From Anaerohalosphaeraceae bacterium (GTDB taxonomy: Bacteria > Planctomycetota > Phycisphaerae > Sedimentisphaerales > Anaerohalosphaeraceae), in assembly GCA_963675525.2 (NCBI GenBank), contig CAXXSL010000016.1, forward strand, positions 608,001-672,000: a stretch of 64,000 nt of DNA, read 5' to 3'. Position 1 is the stretch's first letter. The number at the start of each line of letters is the position of its first letter. The notes below the pieces were generated by a model, which saw nothing but the letters and a program-made list of their open reading frames with translations, was not told where the DNA came from and made no database searches. The position numbers and the translations under genes are program-made. Shown here piece by piece: positions 56,952 to 64,000 of the stretch.

Positions 56952-58052
56952 TTATCGGGCAATGCGGGCCGTTCCGCCTTTTAAAATACGTTCTACCTCT
57001 TTCAGGCTCGCCGTTGTGGTGTCTCCGGCGGTTGTCATTGCCAGGGCACCATGCGCCGCACCGTAATTGACCGCTTCGGCGGGAGATTTTCCTTCCATCA
57101 GCCCATAGATCAGCCCGGAGGCAAAACTGTCGCCGCCGCCAACGCGGTCGAGAATTTCCAGATCTTCCCGAAGCACCGCATCGTAAAATTCACCGTCGGC
57201 ATAGAGCACCGCACCCCAGTCATTTTTTGTGGCGGTTTTGGCATTTCGCAGTGTCGTCGCCACCGCCTTAAAATTCGGGAATTCCTTCACCACCTGAGCG
57301 ATCATTTTTTTGAAATTGCTTGGGTCCAGTTTCGAACAACCTTCGTCCAGTCCCGGCACTTCAAAACCCAGGGCGGCTGAAAAGTCTTCTTCGTTGCCGA
57401 TCATCACATCCACCAATGGTGCAATTGCGCGGTTGACTTCCATTGCTTTTTCTTTGCCGCCGATATCTTTCCACAACGATGCACGGTAGTTCAAATCGTA
57501 AGACGTGATTGTGCCATGCTTTTTGGCAACTATCAATGCCTCAATAACAGCATCCGGCGTGGTTTCCGATAACCCCGCAAAAATACCGCCGGTATGGAAC
57601 CAGCGAGCACCATCTTGACCGAAAATTTTCTCCCAGTCAACATCGCCTTTTTTGATCTGCGAGGCGGCACTGTTGGCACGATCTGAACACCCAACCGCCG
57701 CACGAACACCGTATCCCCGCTCCGTAAAGTTCAAGCCGATGCGGCTTTTTCGGCCAATACCGTCAAACGGGGCCCACTTGATGTACTCCAGGCTTACACC
57801 CCCCTGATACAGTAAATCCTCAAGCAGTCTACCGACAGGGTTATCGACGATAGCGGTCACCACGGCTGCGCGTTTGCCGAAACAGCGTTTCAGGCCGCGA
57901 GCGACATTATACTCCCCGCCCCCTTCCCAAACGTTGAAGGTGCGGGTTGTATGGATGCGTGCCTCGCCCGGGTCCAGACGGAGCATGACTTCGCCCAGCG
58001 AAAGAATATCATACTTGCTTTCGGATTCGGCTCTTAGATTCAGAACAGGCAT
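56952..58052 (-). CDS. kdgK: 2-keto-3-deoxygluconate kinase
   Basis: GEVMLRL, GGGEYNVA, YDLNYR..LW, DRVGGGDSF; adjacent to eda and kduD. Confidence 0.88.
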   Translation of the reverse strand: MPVLNLRAESESKYDILSLGEVMLRLDPGEARIHTTRTFNVWEGGGEYNVARGLKRCFGKRAAVVTAIVDNPVGRLLEDLLYQGGVSLEYIKWAPFDGIGRKSRIGLNFTERGYGVRAAVGCSDRANSAASQIKKGDVDWEKIFGQDGARWFHTGGIFAGLSETTPDAVIEALIVAKKHGTITSYDLNYRASLWKDIGGKEKAMEVNRAIAPLVDVMIGNEEDFSAALGFEVPGLDEGCSKLDPSNFKKMIAQVVKEFPNFKAVATTLRNAKTATKNDWGAVLYADGEFYDAVLREDLEILDRVGGGDSFASGLIYGLMEGKSPAEAVNYGAAHGALAMTTAGDTTTASLKEVERILKGGTARIAR

Positions 58053-58066
58053 CGCTTTCTCCTCTG

Positions 58067-59167
58067 TTAATCATCCATTCGTTCGGCGGCCAGCCACAGA
58101 AGCGGGGCCTGCCCGTGAAAATCACCCAGCGTACGCGAACGTTTCAAATAAAATTCAATGTCATCGGTTTGCCCGGTACCAATACAAATCTCCCGCACAT
58201 TTCCTTTGCGGTCAACATGGGCGCACAGCGCCTTCCATGCCATCTCGACAGCGGGCTCATAGTCCTTTTTATCGAGCCAGCCGTTATCAACCCCCACGGC
58301 CATCGCATACGAAAACATCGCCGTACAGGAACTTTCCGCCCAGGAATATTCATAATCGATCAATTGACGCCACATGCCGTTATCCGACTGGTATTTCAGC
58401 AGTGCGGCCATCATTTTCTTGTACCCGTCCATCAACGCCGGGCGCAGTTTATGGTCGGCCGGCAACGATTTTAAAACTTCCGCCATGGACGACGCCACCC
58501 ATCCGTTTCCGCGGCCCCAATGATAATGAAATTTCGGTCCATGATAAAACAAGCCGTTTGGCTGCTGCAATTTCTTGATATAAGCGGTCAGTTGAAGAGC
58601 CGCCCGGTCTGCATACTTGATGTCTTTAGTTGCACGGTAGGCCTGTATCTGCAGCATTCCGACCATGTACATGTCATCAATCCACCAGCGGGTTTGCGAT
58701 GTCAGGCCGTCTTCCTGCGTATTTTCCCACTGGCTGTCAGCGAACGTTAGTCCCAAATCCAGAAACCGCTTGTCGCCGTTGTAAAGGTAAATCTGAAACG
58801 GCACGATTCCTTCTACATTGTGATCGACATGCGAATGCCGGGAGATCAAAATGCTGTCGGTCTCAAGAAATTTTTCGTAGCGGGCAACAATTTTATCTGC
58901 GAGTTCCTTATCGCCAACCTTTTCCGCAAATCGCAAGGCACCCACACCCGTACATGCCTCGGCATAGTGCAGACCGCTATTACCATACAGCATATAATCG
59001 CGAGACAGCAAGTTTTCAACCAGCATCTTGCCGATTGTCACTGTATCACATTTCTGCACATCATCCAGCTTTGTACCTTTCATATTTTCGCTCGACATCT
59101 TCGCGTTCGATGAACAGGAAGTCACAAAGCATAACAACACCGCCAGTAAAGGAAATATCTTTTTCAT
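58067..59167 (-). CDS. GH105/GH88 unsaturated uronyl hydrolase, lipoprotein
   Basis: Lipobox VTSC; WWIDDMYM, WGRGNGW, ESSCTAMF. Confidence 0.88.
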   Translation of the reverse strand: MKKIFPLLAVLLCFVTSCSSNAKMSSENMKGTKLDDVQKCDTVTIGKMLVENLLSRDYMLYGNSGLHYAEACTGVGALRFAEKVGDKELADKIVARYEKFLETDSILISRHSHVDHNVEGIVPFQIYLYNGDKRFLDLGLTFADSQWENTQEDGLTSQTRWWIDDMYMVGMLQIQAYRATKDIKYADRAALQLTAYIKKLQQPNGLFYHGPKFHYHWGRGNGWVASSMAEVLKSLPADHKLRPALMDGYKKMMAALLKYQSDNGMWRQLIDYEYSWAESSCTAMFSYAMAVGVDNGWLDKKDYEPAVEMAWKALCAHVDRKGNVREICIGTGQTDDIEFYLKRSRTLGDFHGQAPLLWLAAERMDD

Positions 59168-59206
59168 GATGTTTACCCCTTAAAAATTCTTAAAAAGTTT
59201 CAATAT

Positions 59207-59968
59207 TTATCGTGCGAGCCAGCCGCCGTCAATGGCGATGGTATAACCCTGCATATAATCGGATGCGGCTGAGGCAAGGAAAACCGCCGCCCCTTTTAAA
59301 TCTTCCGGAGTCCCCCACCGTCCGGCGGGAATACGATCCAGAATCGCTTTGTTACGAACCGGATCTTCACGCAACGCCGTTGTGTTATCCGTCGCCATAT
59401 AGCCCGGTGCAATCGCGTTGACATTAACATTGTAGGCGCCCAGTTCGTTGGCCAGCAGACGCGTCAGTCCCATGACCGCACTTTTCGAAGCCGTGTACGA
59501 CGGCACAAAAATCCCGCCCTGAAAGCTGAGCATCGACGCGGTATTGACAATTTTTCCGCCGCGGCCCTGCTTGATGAATACTTTTCCGACAGCCTGACTG
59601 AGGAAAAACAATGTCCGGATGTTAATGTTCATCACATCGTCCCAATCCTTTTCAGTAAACTCGGTAATCGGCGCCCGACGGATGATGCCGGCGTTGTTGA
59701 ACAGAATATCGATACCGCCCATCTGTTCAACGGTGGCATTAACAATTGTTTCAACCGATTCTTTTTTGCTCAGATCAGCGGTAATTGTGATGCATTTTCG
59801 ACCCAGCTTTTCAACTTGCGCCTTGCTTTCGGCCATATCGAGGATGTCGACCAGTGCGATATCGGCACCGGCTTCGGCAAGCCCGATGGCCATGCCCTGG
59901 CCGAGACCGCGAGAGCCACCGGTCACAATGGCAATTTTGCCGTCCAATTTGAATTGATCTAAAATCAT
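59207..59968 (-). CDS. kduD: 2-dehydro-3-deoxy-D-gluconate 5-dehydrogenase
   Basis: GLGQGMA, NNAGIIRR, ASMLSFQGG, SYTASK, RIPAGRWG, DGGWLAR. Confidence 0.94.
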   Translation of the reverse strand: MILDQFKLDGKIAIVTGGSRGLGQGMAIGLAEAGADIALVDILDMAESKAQVEKLGRKCITITADLSKKESVETIVNATVEQMGGIDILFNNAGIIRRAPITEFTEKDWDDVMNINIRTLFFLSQAVGKVFIKQGRGGKIVNTASMLSFQGGIFVPSYTASKSAVMGLTRLLANELGAYNVNVNAIAPGYMATDNTTALREDPVRNKAILDRIPAGRWGTPEDLKGAAVFLASAASDYMQGYTIAIDGGWLAR

Positions 59969-59985
59969 AATACACTCCCCTTTTA

Positions 59986-60816
59986 TTATTTAATATCATC
60001 CATGGTTAAGTGGTCCATATCGTTAAAGGCTTGATTCTCGCCGCCCATGCCCCAGCAAAATGTATAAGCCGCGGTTCCAACGCCGGCGTGAATCGACCAA
60101 CTGGGCGAGATGACGGCCTGTCCGTTTGCGACCGCAATATGGCGTGTTTCATCCGGCTTGCCCATATAATGGAATACGCGGGCATCAGCGGGCACATTAA
60201 AGTACATATAGACTTCCATCCGGCGCTCATGCGTATGCGGCGGCATGGTGTTCCATACACAGCCCGGTTCCAGAATCGTAAAACCCATCACCAACTGACA
60301 ACTTTCAGCACCGTCCGGATGAATACATTTGTAGATGGTGCGCTTGTTGGAGGCTTCGACGGAACCTAACTGTACCGGAGTGGCCTGCCCGATTTGTACA
60401 TGTTTCGTTGGATAGTCCTTATGGGCCGGATAGCTGAGCAGATAGTATTTGGCGGGAGTGGTGGAATTGTCACTGGAAAACTGAATTTCCTTTGAGCCGC
60501 GTCCCACATATAAACAATCCAGGTTGCCCATTTTGTACGATTGTCCGTCCACCGTGACGGTGCCCGCCTGACCGATGTTCAAAACACCCAGTTCCCGACG
60601 CTGGCAAAAGAAATCGGCACGAAGTTCATCGGCCGATGTCAGCGCCAACGGCTTGGCGGCAGGAACGGCAGAGCCAACAATGACACGATCCACATCGGCG
60701 TAAAGCATTTCAATTGTATTCAACTGAAAAAGCGATTCGATTAAAAAACTGTCACGCACTTCCTGCGTGGTCATGCGGCAAAACCGTACAGAGTCCGGTG
60801 AATATCTGACTTCCAT
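59986..60816 (-). CDS. kduI: 5-dehydro-4-deoxy-D-glucuronate isomerase
   Basis: RRELGVLNIG, WNTMPPHTHERRME, SPSWSIH, GGENQ. Confidence 0.96.
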   Translation of the reverse strand: MEVRYSPDSVRFCRMTTQEVRDSFLIESLFQLNTIEMLYADVDRVIVGSAVPAAKPLALTSADELRADFFCQRRELGVLNIGQAGTVTVDGQSYKMGNLDCLYVGRGSKEIQFSSDNSTTPAKYYLLSYPAHKDYPTKHVQIGQATPVQLGSVEASNKRTIYKCIHPDGAESCQLVMGFTILEPGCVWNTMPPHTHERRMEVYMYFNVPADARVFHYMGKPDETRHIAVANGQAVISPSWSIHAGVGTAAYTFCWGMGGENQAFNDMDHLTMDDIK

Positions 60817-60841
60817 TGGAATACTCCCTTGTTTAAATCAT

Positions 60842-61984
60842 TCAATCATTCATCTTAATAACCACCGGATGGTCGATCCGGTCTTTGAAGTCCGTTAAAT
60901 ACTGCTGCCATTTTTCGAAACTGTTGAACTCGGCGTTTTCATCCCAGCAGGAACCGGCGTAATAGACAACCGGCGTATGGATCTTCTGCTTCAGCGTCAG
61001 CAGTAAATGGCCGTCCGCCTTGACGATCTCCGTCTTGTATTCCGAACCGAAGACCACACCGCATCCAAACTTTGCGGTGATAAAATCGGTCGGAAGCCAG
61101 TACGCGATGGTTTGATCGACGGTCCATGTTTGATCGCTGGTATCGCGAAGGATAATCCCCGCCGCAAGCGGGAGGGTATCGGTATCCTGTGCCGTATAAC
61201 GGCATTCGACGCGGTTCATATTACTCCCCAGATCGATCGAAATCCGTTTGGTTTCACTAACCGTATGATCGCCGGCTTCCCAAGGCTTATAGGTCAACTC
61301 AAAGACCGATCGAATGGGGCCGTTGGCGAGTACTTTCCATTCGACAAAATTACGCGGCAGGCAGACCTTCTCGTCAACAAAAGGCGCCAAACCGCCGCAG
61401 CCAAGGGTATTACCCACCTTATAAAAATCCCCGCCTTCACCGTGATCATAATGATAGGCGATTTTTTTCTGGTTGTAGTCGCGGATAAATTTTTCAATCA
61501 CAGGATACGGAACGGCCTTGCCCCATGCGTCAATACCATTGGTGATGGTTTCGTATTCCAGCGCCGGGCCGTACATGCGATAGGCCGTCTTGTCATTTTC
61601 CCACGCAAAATCATCCTTTCGTTCCGGCAAAAAACAACAGTAGGTCGTGCGCGTGGAGCGTGGCTTTTTAACCCCCTCGGGCAGTTTCATCAGCCGAAAC
61701 GATTTCGTCTGGCCCGGGGCGAAATCGGTTTGGAACAAAAGCTCGGTTTTACCGTCGATGTCAACGATCTGGGTGACCAAAAACTGTTCGCTTTTCAGAT
61801 CGTAGATGGCTGCGTTTTCTTTTGTCAGACCGGCAATTGCATCTTTAATAACCCCCCAGTCCAGACTCATCGTTTCATCGGCCCGGGATTTCTGAATTGG
61901 ATTGGCTGCAGTGAATTCTTCAGCATGCGTACAGCCGAACAGCACCAGCATCATGGCTAAGGATACGATTCTTCTTTTTGTCAT
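60842..61984 (-). CDS. DUF4861-family secreted protein
   Basis: Signal peptide; RKDDFAWENDK..YRMYGP, GIDAWGK, D.YKVG.TLGCG, GPIRS. Confidence 0.8.
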   Translation of the reverse strand: MTKRRIVSLAMMLVLFGCTHAEEFTAANPIQKSRADETMSLDWGVIKDAIAGLTKENAAIYDLKSEQFLVTQIVDIDGKTELLFQTDFAPGQTKSFRLMKLPEGVKKPRSTRTTYCCFLPERKDDFAWENDKTAYRMYGPALEYETITNGIDAWGKAVPYPVIEKFIRDYNQKKIAYHYDHGEGGDFYKVGNTLGCGGLAPFVDEKVCLPRNFVEWKVLANGPIRSVFELTYKPWEAGDHTVSETKRISIDLGSNMNRVECRYTAQDTDTLPLAAGIILRDTSDQTWTVDQTIAYWLPTDFITAKFGCGVVFGSEYKTEIVKADGHLLLTLKQKIHTPVVYYAGSCWDENAEFNSFEKWQQYLTDFKDRIDHPVVIKMND

Positions 61985-62018
61985 GGTCTTCTCCTTTTCC
62001 GTTTTAAAAGACAGATTT

Positions 62019-62780
62019 CTATTCCGTTTTATATCCAAGTGACTTTGACAGTGTATTCGATGCTTTTAACACGCACTCTTTGACAAACTCAATTTTATCC
62101 TTCGTGAAACTGGCGACCGGCCCGGTCACGCCCATTGCCGCCACAATCTCATTTCGCATATCCCGAACTCCGGCAGCGAGGCATCGAACGCCGGGATGGT
62201 ATTCTTCCTCATCCAAAGCAAACCCTGTTTGCCGAACCTGCTCAATCATAGAACATAACTCCGCATAGGAGGTCATGGTATTGTCCGTCCGCTTTTTCGG
62301 TTGGAAAGATTCAGAATACTCATTTAAGTGGTCCTTGTAAAGATAGCTTAGAAAAATCTTCCCCGTGGCCGAGCAATGCAAGTCGGCCAGCGTCCCGGGG
62401 CGAGAAGCCACCTGAACAGGATCCGGGCTGTCGCAAACTTCCAGGATCAGCGAATGCCAGCCGCTGGGGATTGCCAGATGCGATGTTTGCCCGGTTTTGC
62501 GGGTTAATTCCTGAAGCAGCGGGACCGCTAACTGGCGAAGATCGGATTTACTGAGTGCATGCAGACCGATTTCGAATAATCCTGGACCGGCGAAAAAATT
62601 TGTTTTTCGTTTTTCAACCATGCCCTGAGAGCAGAGCGTCTTTAATATGCGGAATGCTGTTGTTCGGGGTATCTGGACAAGATCTTCCACCTCAGCGGCC
62701 GAAATTCCATTCGGTCGATCTGCCAATATCTTCAACAGCTCACATGCCTTAACCAAATTGGGGACTGCATAGTTATTCAT
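62019..62780 (-). CDS. IclR-family (KdgR-like) regulator
   Basis: HTH PRTTAFRIL, HCSATGK, GFALDEEE..GVRCLA. Confidence 0.93.
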   Translation of the reverse strand: MNNYAVPNLVKACELLKILADRPNGISAAEVEDLVQIPRTTAFRILKTLCSQGMVEKRKTNFFAGPGLFEIGLHALSKSDLRQLAVPLLQELTRKTGQTSHLAIPSGWHSLILEVCDSPDPVQVASRPGTLADLHCSATGKIFLSYLYKDHLNEYSESFQPKKRTDNTMTSYAELCSMIEQVRQTGFALDEEEYHPGVRCLAAGVRDMRNEIVAAMGVTGPVASFTKDKIEFVKECVLKASNTLSKSLGYKTE

Positions 62781-62837
62781 ATATGAAACCTTTGTTCCCT
62801 ATCCGAATAATTATACAGGACATATCTTTTCCGTCAA
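62781..62837 (-). promoter_or_regulatory. Sigma-70 promoter and putative operator for IclR operon
   Basis: TTGACG-N16-TATAAT (62837-62810); imperfect palindrome ATATGAAAC-N4-GTTCCCTAT at 62781-62802. Confidence 0.5.
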
Positions 62838-63028
62838 CAAAATTCTTGCGGAGTTATTTGACCTTTCCCCCTGAAAACAACTGGATTGAAGTATATGTAT
62901 TGTCCTGAATTTTAAAAAAAACTGTATTAAGATCACACATATGCCTTATTTGAGATGTCTACTGGTTTTTCGAAGAGGCTGTCGCAATGAAATACCAAAT
63001 ATTCTCTATCTTTAATTTGGCCTGTAAG

Positions 63029-64000
63029 TTAATTACTTTTTATTTCCACCGGACCCATCAGTCCGGACCTCAACAGCTTCCAATCATTGCGAATCGAGAT
63101 ATTCGTTTGTGTATAGCGTTGCTCCTGAGGTTTCCCACGGTCACCAACCAAGCGATTGCGCCAGGAATTGACAACCGTAATTTCCAGTTGATTTTGACCG
63201 GCCTTCAATGCTTTCGTAATCTCAATGCGAAATGGTTTTGTCCAGACAATACCAAGGTTTTTACCATTCAATTCAACTGCTGCGATCCCAATATCTTCGA
63301 CGTTGTTTAATTCCAGCCAATATCGCTTGGATTCTGATACTTCAGAGCAAGTAAAACTATTTGTGTAAGCAGCCTTCCCGGAGTAATATTGAATGCCCCG
63401 TTCGGTGTGCTGTGTCCAGTCTTCCAATTGCTCAAATTGAACCAATTGGGGCCCTCCCCACGCCGAATCGAATGCAACCTGCCAGGGGCCCTGAATTTCC
63501 TGAACTTTTCTGTATTCAGGATAGTTAGAATCTGTCGTTCCCTGCTGAGCCGTTGGAATTGCTTTTTGAAAAACGATAAAGCATGATCCGTATGGATCAA
63601 ACTGTAAGGGAATGATGGTTCGTCCGGCGGATTGTTTGAAAGCATCGGCCAACCGAATTTGTCCCGTAATCGGATCCCATAACTCCGGCTGCTTTCCACT
63701 GACGCGAAATGCACAGTCAATTGTTCGAGACTGCTCTGTCTGGTTGCAGACAAAATACACGTCGCCTTCTTTAATGGTGTAATGAATGTAGTCATAAAAA
63801 GAGCTTTTTTCGGCTCTCATTGCCTCGAAGTCTGGAGCAACACCTTCGCTCTGCAGGAGTTGGCGGGCAGTTCGCCCCCAGGTCAGGCATCCTATACCGA
63901 CTTTCTTTTGTCCGCTTTCGGCTGGATCGTCCCCCCATGTTTGATCGGCAAGGTCATGAAATCGCTGTTGTGCCGACTTGCCTCCAATGAGACTGACCAA
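63029..64000 (-). CDS. C-terminal part of a GH106-like (alpha-L-rhamnosidase-type) glycoside hydrolase, truncated by window edge
   Basis: YFVCN, PELWDP.TG, YYSG.A.Y, W.KPF..EIT, N.W.NRLVGD, SGLMGPV. Confidence 0.75.
   Translation of the reverse strand: MVSLIGGKSAQQRFHDLADQTWGDDPAESGQKKVGIGCLTWGRTARQLLQSEGVAPDFEAMRAEKSSFYDYIHYTIKEGDVYFVCNQTEQSRTIDCAFRVSGKQPELWDPITGQIRLADAFKQSAGRTIIPLQFDPYGSCFIVFQKAIPTAQQGTTDSNYPEYRKVQEIQGPWQVAFDSAWGGPQLVQFEQLEDWTQHTERGIQYYSGKAAYTNSFTCSEVSESKRYWLELNNVEDIGIAAVELNGKNLGIVWTKPFRIEITKALKAGQNQLEITVVNSWRNRLVGDRGKPQEQRYTQTNISIRNDWKLLRSGLMGPVEIKSN

Overview
A 64-kb window of a bacterial chromosome. Gene content (H-X9-DG prepilin-like protein, dockerin-like secreted protein rich in DPN motifs, ECF/anti-sigma pairs, NQQL/EQQL-repeat kinase) points to a planctomycete, probably class Phycisphaerae (inference). 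In order: carbamoyltransferase plus sxtJ/sxtK-like genes; tRNA-His followed by a 2.5-kb integrase-less islet (PD-(D/E)XK nuclease + dinB) bounded by a duplicated tRNA 3' end; a two-component cluster ending in an orphan cheD; a housekeeping run (O-antigen-ligase-like, wecA-like, proS, aldolase, aroB, apt, sigma factor, rpsA, ispH, ParA-CBM48, purE, MEMO/AmrB); an ECF operon; a short transcript carrying three RGPP motifs and two terminators; thioesterase, prmC, tatD, hemW, pssA, psd; a five-gene accessory module; and a 21-kb pectin/hexuronate catabolic locus (uxaC, frameshifted gnd, PfkB kinase, LarA-family epimerase, uxuB, uxaE, ROK, TRAP, UroD-like, eda, kdgK, GH105, kduD, kduI, DUF4861, IclR, GH106-like). 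Best candidates for new biology: (1) a secreted protein fusing an intact C39 peptidase to its own double-glycine leader and a 91-aa, 8-Cys cargo (38262-39950); (2) a histidine kinase with seven chemoreceptor-like QQ heptads encoded next to the Gln deamidase CheD; (3) an array of RGPP arrest-like mini-ORFs with interleaved terminators (29726-30393). All family calls are from motif recognition by eye; no searches were run.
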